Assembly: GCF_011745625.1 (NCBI RefSeq)
Contig: NW_027191454.1
Location: forward strand, 186,001-250,000
Reading direction: 5' to 3'
DNA length: 64,000 nt
From: Cladosporium halotolerans
Lineage: Eukaryota
Positions within the stretch are counted from its first letter, which is position 1, and every line of letters begins with the position of its first letter. Of this stretch, positions 11,558 to 23,800 are shown piece after piece. Both the position numbers and the translations under genes were made by a program. The notes beneath the pieces were generated by a model. It was not told the DNA's origin and ran no database searches. It saw only the letters and a program-made list of their open reading frames with translations.

Positions 11558-13285
11558 ATGCCACCACAAATCCCCCACCTCCGCTTAACACCTACATCCA
11601 AGCAGCTAATCGTCGACGGCAAACCCTTCCTGATGCGCGCCGGTGAGCTCCAAAACTCCTCCATGAGCTCGGCCAAATACATGGCAGAGGCATGGCCGAA
11701 GCTTGTAGAGGCGAATTTCAACACAGTGCTAGGCTCTGTCGCGTGGGAGCAAATCGAGCCGGAAGAGGGGAAATTTGATTTCACAGAGTTGGACGCGTGT
11801 TTGCAGGGCACGAGAGAGCATGGACTGAGGCTTGTGTTGCTTTGGTTTGGGAGTTTTAAGAATGGTCTGTTGTCTATGGGGAGTGACGGCGTGTGTATTG
11901 AAGGCTGATCTTCGATAGGTCTGTCGACTTACGCGCCTTCTTGGGTGAAGACGAACATCAAGCGGTTCCCGAGGGCGCGGTTAAGGAAGGCTGGTGGCGA
12001 AATCGCGATTGCCGATGTCCTCTCCATCTTCCACGAGGAAGCTCAGAATGCCGATGCGAAGGCTTTTGCGAAGCTTCTTACGCATCTCAAGGAGGTGGAC
12101 GGCGATCGGTCGAATGTGATTATGGTTCAGGTGGAGAATGAGGTTGGCCTGCTCGGTGATTCGCGTGATGGTTCGAGTGCTGCTGAGAAGCGATTCAAGT
12201 CTGCTGTGCCAGCACAGCTAGTCAGAGCCTTGGAAGCAGAGAAGAACCAACTTCGGCCTGAGATGCGATGGGCTCTCGAGCGAGTCAAGAAGAACTCAAA
12301 GGGAACGTGGACAGAAGTGTTTGGACATGGGCGCAAGACTGACGAACTCTTCATGGCTTACCACTATGCTTTGTATCTTGAACAAGTGGCGAGCGCGGGT
12401 AGGAAAGAATACGCTCTCCCACTGTACACGAACGTCTGGCAGAACTACAACGGTGAAGATGGCGACAAGAGCTTCCCCACCGTAGTCGGAGGGGGCGACA
12501 ATCCTGGAGACTACCCTTCAGGAGGCGGCGTGATCGACGTCCTCGACATCTGGAAAATTTTCGCGCCTTCTCTTGACATGATCTCGCCGGACGTATACCT
12601 GAACGACTACAGCAAGACTTGCGCGAAGTACCGCCACCGAGACCAGCCGCTATTCATCCCCGAGCAACGCCGTGACGAGTATGGCGCAAGACGCGTCTGG
12701 GTGGCTGTTGGGAGCTATCAATGCCTGGGTGCGTCGCCCTTTGGCATAGACACCCTCGAGCCGCATGAGAACCCCTTCAAACGCCATTACGGTTTGATGG
12801 CCCAAGTGTCAGAGCACATCCTGCAAGCTCAACGTGATCACAGCAGCATCGGGTTCTTCTTCGATGAGCTCCCGGCGGGTGCTGGCGCTACAGATCCCTC
12901 ACCGCCTCAAAAAGCAAAGTTTGGACCTTGGACATTGACCATCCAGCGGTCTTTCGTCTTTGGACACCCTGGCCCGGGATTCGGGATGGTCATCCACAAA
13001 GGCGGTGCGAGATTTGTGTTCATAGGCGCCGGATTTCAAGTCACATTCAGGCACGAGTCGGCGTCATTCACAGGAATCCTTCGTTTCGACGAGAAGGAGG
13101 CTCAAGAAGATGGTTCGCTAAGGACATTGCGAATGCTGAACGGCGACGAGACAAGGAGCGGCGCATCCTGCGTAATGCCAAACGAGAGCCCAGACTATGG
13201 CAATTTCCCAATTTGCATCACAATCCCGGCCAGGACGATGATCGCGGAGGCGGAAGTGTATGCCGTGGAAGACGACGAGGCATGA
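11558..13285 (+). CDS. GH35 beta-galactosidase-like protein with C-terminal DUF5597-type domain; no signal peptide
   Basis: Motifs LIVDGKPFLMRAGELQNSS, WEQIEPEEGKFDF, LVLLWFGSFKNG, VIMVQVENEVG, GDYPSGG, LFIPEQ, RMLNGDET. Intron 11865-11918 joins KNG to LSTYAPSWVKT. Confidence 0.88.
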
Positions 13286-14108
13286 GAGGGCTTGGGAGAG
13301 TGACCAGTTGGAAGCACGCCGGCATTGGGAGCACAACATCCGTGTGCCGTATGCAATGCACAGTCGCCGGGGCCTCAAGGTGAACCCACACTAGGTGATC
13401 ACATCCGGGCCAGAGGCGCTTCATGGCACCCTCGTAGCCACGTTCCTGCATGTCCATGCATGTCAGCCTTGTTTCGCGTACATAGAAGCTGGGACTGCCG
13501 TGGGGTGGTGGCGGCACGTTAGAAGTGGGTACGGTAGCTCGCTGTCGTGCAGCTCGCGTGCTCGTAAGAGCTTTCAGATTGAGTTTACGCGTGCAGAGAT
13601 TGTGTAATCTAGGTACTCAGAACGTCTCGCGATATGTGGACACATGATACCTGGAGACTAGAGTCGAAACCGAGGCTGTGATAAGCGCGCGGCAAGGGCC
13701 AGTCCCAGAGTGGGAGCTGAGGCCGCTCCGATCCCTTCCATCCGACGCTTTGGCGAAGGAACATCACCCGCCCACCATCCTGCACTCTCTCCCCCGACCA
13801 AGCCGCCGCCGCGAGCCTGTGCGACATGGCGTAGTAACATCAACCTCCTCTCCTATACCCGCCGGTCTAAGTATGTTTCATCTGTCTCCTGCCATCCCTC
13901 CCTCCCTCCCTCTCCTTCTCGTCTAATCCGCATATGCACGATGATGATGTCGAGCGTCTGGAGCTGCTGTAAGATGTAGCAGGTACTCTCGCTCGCAACA
14001 ACCGCATCCGCACCGCAGCACATCGCCCAGCGCAGCAGAACCACCGCTCCAGCCAGCGAAGCAAAACCAACAAGCGGCGCTCCGCCCCATGGCGCCGGCC
14101 CGCCGTCT

Positions 14109-14687
14109 ATGCCTCAGCACCCACCCTCCCGCGCCCGCCCACCGCAGCAGCAGCCCCGCCAGCAACAACAATACCCACCGCAGCCTCGCCCACAGAACTA
14201 CCCACAATACGCCCAGCAAGGCCAACCGCCGCGCCAACCCCCACCCGCCTCCTCCCCGCCAGCTTCCATCCCCGACACCAACCTCGGCCTCTCCGCCCAA
14301 GATGTCTCCACGCTCCGCCACCACCAACAACTCGCGCACACCTCCGCGCGCTCCAGCGCCGGCAGCGCCGCCTCCTCGCAGGGCCGCCTGCTCCTCGACG
14401 CCAGCAGCCTGACGCTGCTGGGCCGGCACCTGGAGCGCGTGATGGGCGCGATCCAGACGCGGCTGGAGGCGCTGAACCGCGCGACGGAGCTGGCGACGGC
14501 GGCGCAGGGCGCGCGGGGAGCGGATGCGCTGGCGGTCGCGGACGCGGAGATCGCGCGCTTCAGGGCGCTGCTGAGGCAGATCGACGAGCTGGAGGCGGAG
14601 TTTGAGAAGATCGGGAGGATCCGGGAGATGGTTAGGGGGTTTCGGGCGAGGGTTGAGGCGATGGAGAGGAGGGTTGAGAGGAGGTGA
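14109..14687 (+). CDS. CNL1: BLOC-1 subunit Cnl1-like coiled-coil protein with Gln/Pro-rich N-terminus
   Basis: SIPDTNLGLSAQDVSTLRHHQQ..SAASSQGRLLLDASSL..ADAEIARFRALLRQIDELEAEFEKIGRIREMVRGFRARVE fits filamentous-fungal Cnl1. Confidence 0.72.
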   Translation: MPQHPPSRARPPQQQPRQQQQYPPQPRPQNYPQYAQQGQPPRQPPPASSPPASIPDTNLGLSAQDVSTLRHHQQLAHTSARSSAGSAASSQGRLLLDASSLTLLGRHLERVMGAIQTRLEALNRATELATAAQGARGADALAVADAEIARFRALLRQIDELEAEFEKIGRIREMVRGFRARVEAMERRVERR

Positions 14688-15188
14688 GGGCGAGGTGGGG
14701 TTCTGGGGGGCTGGTTTGGGATGCTTCGAGTGGGCTTGCTTGGGCAGGGAACGGTTCCTCGGGTTTGCTGGGTATTGGCTGCGATGATGGCGGGACGGGT
14801 GGTCACGCGAGCAGCGGAACGACTCTCGAGGGCTCGTTTGCCTTCGTCTGAGGCTCACGGAAGACCAGGCGTTCTAGCGGAAGGGACGCTGGCAAAACCC
14901 AAGAATAGGCGGCATCGAAGCCGCCTGCGCCTCACGGCGACAAAAATTCCGGTTTTATAGTCATCTCATTATCAAAGAAACATCCTCTATCTCAACTACT
15001 GAATTAAATTTCTGACTTCAATACGTATCGCAACTGCTATACTGGGTATATCCACTATGAACTCCTACCAAAAAACCCCACCCCGGAAATCCACAATCCG
15101 AGAAACGAGACCGAAATCGACGCGGCTCTTGCAAGACCAGGCAAGACAACCGGTATAAACATTACCACCCCCTTCCTTCTCTCAGACA

Positions 15189-18100
15189 CTACATGACGAC
15201 GCAGTTCTCGTCGTCCTTCTTCTTGTCGCGCGTCAGCTTGCCCGACATGGCCTTGTTCTTGCCGCCCTTGCGCAGCTCCTCCAGCCGCTCGAGAGCCTTG
15301 GGAAATTGCAGAGCTGCGGCACGATCAGTCAGTAAGGTTTCCAACATACAAAGAGTGAGGACAATGACAACTTACAAGCAGCCCGCCCATACCACCTCTT
15401 CGCCTCCTCCAGACTCTTCGGGCACCCTATGCCCTGCTCGGTGAAGTAGCCCATGGCAAACATGGCCTTCGCCAGCGGCGGCTCGGACTGCGCGGCCTTG
15501 CGCGCCCACAGGTACGCCTCCATGTCGCTCTGCTCGAGCATGCCGTCCGCGCCCGTCAGGTACCAGCCGCTGAGCGCCAGCTCGGCGTTGTGCTCCCCTT
15601 GCGCGGCGGCCTTGGTGTACCAGGCGATGCTGGCGCGGTTGTCGATGTCGAGCCCGAGGATGCCGTACTCGTACGCCTGGCCGAGGCGGAACTGCGCGCG
15701 CTTGAAGCCGTACTCTGCGGCGCGGCGGAAGAGCGAGAGCGCGTAGGCCTCGTCGGGGAGGACTTTGGCGCGGACTTCGGGGTCGACGGTGGCCGGGTCG
15801 TGCAGCGTGGCGAGCTCGTGCAGGGCGTGCGGGTTGTCCTTGTCGGCGCGCTCGGCGGCGCGCTTGAGCCAGATGTGCGCTTCGCCGACGTTGCGCGGGA
15901 CGCCGAGGAGGCCGCGCAGGAGGACGATGCCCAGCTTGTACATGGCGGCTGCGTCGCCGAGGGCGGCGGCGCGCCGGTACCATTGCACGGCTTTGGGGTA
16001 GTCTCTGCGCGTGCCGCCACCTTCTTCGGGGCCGATTTCGCAGGAGACGGCGGTGCGGAATGCGGCGGCTGCGTGGCCTCCTTTCGCGGCTGCTTGGTAG
16101 AGGGCAAAAGCTTCTTTGGAATCCACCTGGAGGCCGAGCTCACCGGAGCCGTAGCATTCGGCCATGAAGAATTGGGCTTCGGGATAGGAGTTCCGCACAA
16201 GGTCTTTGACACGCCTGTAGGCGTCGTTGAGGTACTTTTCGCGGTTGCGCTGGGTCATCTTCGCATCGAGACGTCCACCCTCGGATGCGAGCACGTGGGA
16301 TGCCTCGACCAGCTTCTTGGCATATCTGAGTGCAAGTCGGGGACTAGCTGGGCTGGCTTCTGCATCGATACGAGCCTGTTCCAGATCTGCTTTTGTGATG
16401 GGCTTGTCCGAGATGGAAGGCTGCCTCGTGTGCGATGATGACGACGAACGGTTATCGTAGTTCCTGACCGGTGCAGGTTTGGGAGGCTGAGGAGCGCCTT
16501 GTTGTTCCATGAGCCCAGGCCTGAAAGGAGTAGGGTGGTGGGGTAACGTGTCAGGATCGCTGCGTCTTTGCTGCTGTGGTACTTGGCCATTCGGCGGATG
16601 ACCAAGCGGCGCTCCAGGTGGCATTCCTCGCATGGACTGCTGCGCTGGTGGCGCACTAGGTGCTCTATGCTGCTCGTCGAGGAATCTACCATTCGGAGGA
16701 ACGCCACGAGGCGGTCCGCCTGGTGGACCTTGATGCATGGGTGGAGCAGTGGGAACACGTTGTTGCCCAGGATCGGACCAGCCGCCTTGAGCCATCGGAG
16801 GACGAGTGGAAGCCGAGCGTTGCTGTGGTGGAAGAGGGCCTTGACCGCCTGGATGGAAACGATTGGCTTGAGAGTGTCCAGGAGGAGGACCTCCACGCAT
16901 AGGCATCTGCATTTGCCGTGGGTTTACAGGCGATTGGTGTTTCCGCATATCTTCCGGGGGCGCAGACTGAGGAGGTCCGTAACCCATGGGTTGTTGACGA
17001 GGCGGTGGCTGCTGAGCGTAGTCGTGTTGTGGGGACGCGCGGACCTGCTCGCCGGGCACACCGAAGACAAAGCCATCAGATATCTCATTGCGACCTTGAC
17101 CGGTGCTAGTCAGATCCGGCTCTGAGGCCACGGCGGAGTCTGCAGGAGTGTAGGGCTTCTTGCTGTATGCCGGCAACGATTGCGCACTCCCGTTGACCTG
17201 CTGCCCAGGCATTGGAGGCGCTGGCTCGGACTTTGTCTCCGCGAGATGCTTGTCGACAGTCTCTTGGCGTTTATGTAGGCTGGAAGTCTGTCCTGGTGCT
17301 GCACTATCAAAATCTGGCATCTCAGCCTCGATTTCTTCCTCTCTGTTCTTGGGCGGTGGCGGAACAGCTACAGAGTCTGCCTGATCATCACCGAGATAGT
17401 CATCGTACAAGTCATCAAGGGTTTGCTGTTGGTCTAGCTGCGATTGTGTGGCATGTGCAACGCTGGGCTCATGGTAATGGTGCGTCTGAGCATAAGCTTG
17501 AGTACCGCTAGCGTTGGGTCGTTGTGACGGTGCATTAGGGTTGTCATCTGCAGCTTGGTAGGCCATGGCGGCTCCCGCATGTGGTACAGGCTTCCTTCGT
17601 TGCTCATCAGGTCGATGGGCCGCTGTAGGCTGTGGCTGATGTACGTGCTGTGACCGCCCTTGGGGAGGTGGCATCCCATGTTGCTGCGCGTTCATTGGTG
17701 CACCAGCGTGAGGCTGTTGTGTGCTGATCGGAGAAGGCTGTTGTTGCACCCTGTCCCTAGGATGCGAGGCGGGGTCTCCATGGCCTTGAGGGGCAGCTCC
17801 ACCTCGCATTTTTTGCTGCTGATATGGCCGAGAACTGCCCTGGGGCGGCTGTCCATTTCTTTCCCATTGCTGTTGAGGATACTGGTCATAAGTTTGTTGC
17901 TGTGAGTACTCCTGCATTGGTTGTTCTTGAATCGGGTCGAAAGATTGCGCGCCGCGGGTCGGGTAAACCTGGTGATGCGACTGCCCACCAGCAGCATCGC
18001 GAGGGGGCGATCCATTCTTCTGTTCGTTGCTCCTCGAACTTCCAGGCCGCGAGCCGTGGCGATTACCAGACGAAGACGGCCGAGCCTGCTCTTCGCTACT

Positions 18101-18982
18101 CCTTGCACTCTTAGTTCCACGCGCTTTTTCTTCTTTCGACGTTGACGGAAACGTTGGGAATGCGTTATCTTGTGGGACGATCTTGGGCTTCCCAGCAGCT
18201 TCATGCATCTTCGCCTTTTCTTTAGCCTTCCATTCCTCCATAGCGCTCATCTTCGGCTTCTGTGGAGCTGGATCAGGGTGGCGACCTCCGCTATGAGACT
18301 CGTTCGCGGCTTTCCTGCCGACCGGAGCTTCTCCATTCGGCCGACGCTGGTCTGCGTATCCGTTACGCATGTCCCGTTCCTGTTGCACAGGCGCCTGATT
18401 CGGGTACCCTGAGCGGCCTGTAGGCTGCCCATTCCGCGAGTCCTGCCTGTCAGGTTGAGCAGGTCGCCTATTATAATCTGAGCCCGAGGTTGGAGGCCTC
18501 TGAGCAGGTGCTCCGTTAGGAGGAGCACGAGGGTCTCTGCCAGGGCGCTGTTGATATCGAGGGTCGTAGTTTCGATCGTGAGGATTGCGGCCGTTCTGCC
18601 GAGGGTCTCCGTAGCCTTGGTTCGGTTGTGCCCAGCCATTGGTTTGGTAGGAGCGATCATCGCGCCCGTACTGTTGACGTCCAGCGTCTTGCGAAGGGTA
18701 GCCTTGATCGTACTGATCGTATCCGTAGCCATTCTGCATGCCGCTGTCTCCATAGTATTGGCCGTGCTGCGAGTTCATGCCGTGACTATAGTCATCATAC
18801 CCTCCGTGCTGTTGGTACTGATCGTAGCCGCCATACCCTTGGTCGTAGGGCTGCTCGTACCCGCCGTACTGATCATGCTGCGCAGAATAGCCGCCATACT
18901 GCGCCTGGGCCGGAGCCTGACGATATTGACCGTGGTGATCCTGCCGAGGAGGCCTGTAGGCGGCTGATTGATTGTATGCCAT
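15189..18982 (-). CDS. CHS4: Chitin synthase activator, Chs4/Skt5 family (SEL1-like repeats, C-terminal CaaX)
   Basis: Long Q/P/G/Y-rich disordered N-terminus followed by SEL1 repeats. Intron 15314-15375 (GTAAGT..CTGAC..CAG) gives the terminus SLQFPKALERLEELRKGG...KKKDDENCVVM*, a prenylation motif. Confidence 0.88.
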
Positions 18983-19896
18983 GCTGCTGGCGCGGCGTGC
19001 TCCGGAAGTGAGTGGTGGAGCGGAGATTAGGGGTTCAGGCCAGGAACTCCATTGGGCGTTCTTCGAAGTGAATGTATGCAGGCGTGGGAGTCGATGTATG
19101 CCGGAGAGCGGTGGTCGCGTGGGGAAGGGCCGAAGTGGAGCGAAAGGTCGGCAAACAGGCGTGTAGAATCTTTGTCTGTAGCTAAGCCGGATCTTCTTAC
19201 AGATCTTGACGTTTCGGGAGGCTGCGAGCAGGGAAGTGACGTTTCAGGATGCGCGACGAGGACGGCGGAGATGCTGCGACGGGCAATGGCGGGTGCAAGG
19301 GTGGCGCGGCGCCGGGCAGGGTGCGGAGGGAGCGGCGGGGGCGAGAGGGTGGTGGTTGTGGTAGAGAGCGCAGGCACAGCAGGATCAACGGCTGATCGTC
19401 GTCACGCGCCGGGCTGTCGCAAGAAGGGCTCGGACGACCAACGGACGACCAACCATCGCGCGCTGTCGCCGCGCACCGCCACCGACGCCTGCCCCGCGCC
19501 TGCAGCCGGCGGCGCTAAGAAGCCGTCAGGATGCATGCGAGGCTTGTCTCATGCGCCCGCCCACCACTGCCGGCCGCGCTGTGGCTTGCACCTCTTCACT
19601 TGCCGCGCCGATCGTCACGTGCTGCCGCCGCGTCCAGGAACATCGCACCACATACGCGTCTCACGATATGTGTCGCAGGAGCTAGTGCCTACGCTCGCAC
19701 AGCTGAAGCGGACACTCACACCGCAGCGCTGCTACTGCACGCGTGAAACGGGTCGTGACGTCGCACGGTTTCGGCCGGATCCTGGGGAAAAGGGCCTCGA
19801 GACAGCCCTACAGCGACTTCAAACGCCATACCTACGAATCGCATGCTGTGATCAGCACCCTGCAAGCTCAAACACACGGCGAGGCACACGCCCAGC

Positions 19897-22595
19897 ATGC
19901 CGCCCAAACCACCCCAGCAACCCTCAGCGCAACAGGGCAACAAGCGCAAGGACCCGCCGAAACACAACGCTTCTGCCAAACCTCACGCAGCGAAACGCCC
20001 GCGCTTCGACCAAGCTTCCAAAACGCGCGATGCCCGTACTCTCGCCTCACAGACGAGCTCCAAAGCCTTCAAGCATGGCGAGCTGGACGTCGACAAGTTC
20101 GTGAAATCGCGCGAGTATGAGATCCGCGCGCTCGAGCACGGCCTCGCCCGCAGCAAGAAAGCTCTTACGAAAAGAGCTTTCCAGCAGGTGCCGAAAGAGT
20201 TGAGGAGAAGGACGGCGAGCCACAATGTGAAGAGGATACCGAAGAAGCTGAGAGAGCGGGGAAAGCGGGAGGTATGTTGTTTCGCCGTGCCATTGGCGTG
20301 GCTTCAAGGTTGGTATTGCGCATTGGCGCTGTGAACGGCAGCTGATGGCTTTTGCAGATGGTTGAGGATAACACGCCTACTGTTACCGCTCGACGGAGGA
20401 AGGCTTCGCGACACATGCGACTGAGGCAAGAGACGGCCAAGAAGCTCAGAGCAATGGGTGCAAAGCGAAAGGCCAGCAAGGAGAAGGCCAAGGATGGAAA
20501 AGTCACCGTGAAGCCAATGCCAACTACCGACACCGATGTGCAGATGGAAGACTCAGGTGTAATCAAGACCCGCGCTCCACGAGTGAAAAAAGCCAACCTC
20601 GCACAGCCACCCGAGCCCAAGGCCAAGTTCCGCAAGCGACAGATGCACAAGTCATGGCTCCCCACGCATATGTTCCACACGAAGCGGGCCCGGATGACGC
20701 CGCCGAAGGAGTCTCTATGGCGCTTTGCTGTGCCCATGACTCCGACGGCAAAGAGCTACAGACCGACGCACCGCGCGGCCAGTGAGCGGGGTGCTCTTTG
20801 CTGGGATGTCAGCTACATGAGCACCATATCTCTAAGCGGTCGGGAGGCAAGCATTGCCGGCATGCTTAAGCAGCTTGGTGTAGGCGAGACCGAGAGTTCG
20901 ATGTGGGGATTGAAAGGAGACAAATGGCGAGCGGGAAAGCGAGCGATGGAGTTCTTCCTTCACGAGCGAGAGGTTCCTCATTCGCCAATTGCACCGGTAA
21001 CCGTCATCTGGTGTGCAGCGGATACGACTGAAGTCGAGGAGAAGCGCAAACGTCAAGTTTTCCTTCGAGTTCATCCATCCGCTTTCTCGCAGCTGTGGGA
21101 GGAAGCCCTGCGGGTCGCTAAGATCGCAAAGCCATCCGTGACGGTGGAGGACCTGCGATTTGAAATTGGCAGTATTGACGTGACTGGTCCTGCATCTACA
21201 GAGGCTCTTCTCAGTGCGCTTTGGCCTACGTCTTACGAGGTTACTACTGAGCGACCGGGACAAGGATCAGGGCGTACTTTTACTCAGCTCCACGGTCTTA
21301 CCAACCCTGCTCTGCTGCCTAGTGGCGCCCTTCTTGCTTTCAACATTCAAGATCCAAGACTGCATCACCCGCCTCGACCCGTCAAGCAGCCCGACACGCC
21401 CGATTCTCAGATGAAGCTCCTCGAGCTTATCGCCGAATGGCCAGGCGATGCTAGCAGCACCGCAGCAGAAATTTTCGATCGCAAAGCTAGATTGGCAGCA
21501 TCTGCGAGCCTTCCCAGCCAGAAAGCGATCAACAGACGGGGTACTCTCGCTTCGCCGGGTCAGTATCCCGATCCCATGGCAAGAGACCCGCGTATCCCAG
21601 TCATGCTCTACGTGCTACCGCCGAAGCATAACGCGAAGAACCAGCAGCTTACGTACCACCTCATTCTTCCTTGGAAGTGTGTCCAGCCGGTGTGGTACTC
21701 GCTCATGTACACGCCACTTTCAACCGGTCAGCAGCCGAAATTCGGAGGTCTGAATGAGCAGAGGCAGATTGCGTTGGAGAGAGGCGAGCACTGGTTCCCG
21801 GCAGATTATCCAGGCACAAAGGCCGGTTGGAACTGGGAGGTGGAAGAAAGCAAGAAGAGGAAAGACTACTGGGAGAAACGGCCCAAAAGCAAAAGGGCCA
21901 GCTGGGAAGCAGTCGATCTGGGCAACGACAAGAAAGGCGAAGTCGGTCTCGGATGGGCCTGCGACTGGACTCGCCTCCTCGAAGGACCCAAGCCCACCCA
22001 GCACCCACCAACCGACAACCCAACATCGCACCCCGCCACGACCTCCCCACCCTCAATGCCACCCACCCTATCCCAACTCCCGCCGTCCCTCGCCCATTCT
22101 CTCTTCTCCCCCTCGAACCCCACAACCCCACCTCCCTCCTCCCTCCTCCTCCCAATAACCCTCCACCTCCTAACCCGCGGCGTCCCCACCCCCTGCGCCC
22201 GCATCTACCGCCTGCCAACCACAAACCCCACCCTCCGCGCCTCCTGGCTCGCCCTGCACCCGCGCAACCAACCCAGCACAAAATCCCGCCGCAAAACCGC
22301 CGCGCCCCCATCCAACAACAGCGACGTCCCGCCGCACGTCCGCCGCCAACGCCTCGCAGCCTCGCTCCTCGAGCCGCCTTCCGCGGGCGACAAGGAGTGG
22401 CCTGCCTGCCCGGGCGAGGAGGATCTGGTCGGTTTCGTGACGAGTGGGAATTATGATCTTGGGGCGGGGAGGGGCGTTGGGGTTGGGTGTTTGGTGCTGG
22501 GGAGGGTGGATTTGGACGGTGGCGAGGAGGGGAGGCTGTGTGTTGTTCGGGGGGCGGGGGTGGGGGTGGGGAGGTTGGGGAGGTGGGAGGTCTGA
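19897..22595 (+). CDS. POP1: RNase P/MRP subunit Pop1
   Basis: Motifs FVKSREYEIRAL, RAFQQVPKELRRRTASHNVKRIP, WLPTHMFHTKRARM, WDVSYMS, FPADYPGTKAG, DLVGFVTSGNY. Intron 20272-20357. Confidence 0.93.
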
Positions 22596-23587
22596 TTTAA
22601 GTGTAGGATGGTGGTGTTTAGGGAGTGATGAGAGAGGGAGCGTAGCCTTGATAGAGTAACGAAAACATAAAGATATCGCTCCCTCCGGGGCGACACATTA
22701 TCAACGTGACACTCGCACTGGCAAGCGGACTTGGTAGCCGTGAGAACACAACGTTTGCGGAGATAAATGATCTTGCTGCTTTTGGGAAAAAGAAGTCATT
22801 CTTCGGAGGCTGCCAAAAAAAAAAAGAGCAAAAACATACAACAGGCGGGATTCCCAGATGGTCACCCACTCTAGTACTAGTCGCCCGGTTCAGTGCTTAT
22901 GTATGGCAGAGCGGACGGGATGCCCAGTTTTCACTGACCTGTGGTCGTATGTGCTGATACACTGTGATGCAAATAACTTATACTTATGTCATATTTTGAC
23001 AGCAGGGCGAACAAGGAGGTTCAGCTAACGCCTGCTCCACCATCTACGTCAAACAGCTACGACCACCAACAAAAGACGAAAAATCCTTCAAGGAACGTTC
23101 CATCTCTCGTCTTTGGAGTCGATGGCACGAGCACACATCTAACGTAGTTTGCTTTCTTTCACTGCAAAGAACTTTCCAAATGGCTGATGAGGTAGCCAAG
23201 GACGAGACAACGACTCGGTCACTTGGGCTTAGAATTGGGCGCTGGAGCAGTCTATTTGCGAATGATGAAACCTGAATAAACTCTAGATAGACCATTGTCC
23301 AAATCTTGGAAAGTTTCTCTTTGCAAAACGATGATGCTTGGAAGAAGTCGGGATGACTTGATGCGATTGAGATAGCCGTAAAGGCTCATAAGACAGTCTG
23401 AAGGCCTTAGATGATATAAAGATTCACCTTGTCGCTGAAGCCGGTACAGATCTTAGCGTTATCCCCGCAATGCATATCATGTTTTGCCGCTATTTCTTAT
23501 TGCGACTCTGACCCTAATTGGTTTTCCCGCCTTCTCGTCCGTCCTGGAACCGGCTCATCAGGCTAATCCTGTGTACGCGAGATGCTT

Positions 23588-23606
23588 TCGGTATGAAATG
23601 TACCGA
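23588..23606. promoter_or_regulatory. TCGG-N11-CCGA palindrome upstream of PL4 lyase
   Basis: TCGG tatgaaatgta CCGA (arms extend to TCGGTA/TACCGA), about 195 nt before ATG 23801. Confidence 0.6.
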
Positions 23607-23800
23607 GGACGTACATCGTGACAAGAGACCTTCTGGGTTTCGTTAGGGCTGCTGCCCTACTCATCTCCGAAAATTGACTTCCCATTTCGCATGAGAGACC
23701 GGCACAGAAAGGATGAGTAGAAAGATAGACGTCCCTCTCGCCCCTTCTCAGAGATTCACTCCATCTCACAGGTCGCTGGTCGTAGCTGAGCTCATACTAA

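Noticed and set aside
6318..13285. Recent bacterial horizontal transfer of PL26 and GH35
   Set aside because: Both families have bacterial relatives but are established in filamentous fungi; GH35 has a spliceosomal intron and base composition matches neighbouring genes.
19052..20104. 350-aa ORF across the CHS4/POP1 divergent region
   Set aside because: Non-ATG start, low-complexity Arg/Ala/Gly content, and out-of-frame overlap with the POP1 start; most likely GC-rich promoter and UTR.
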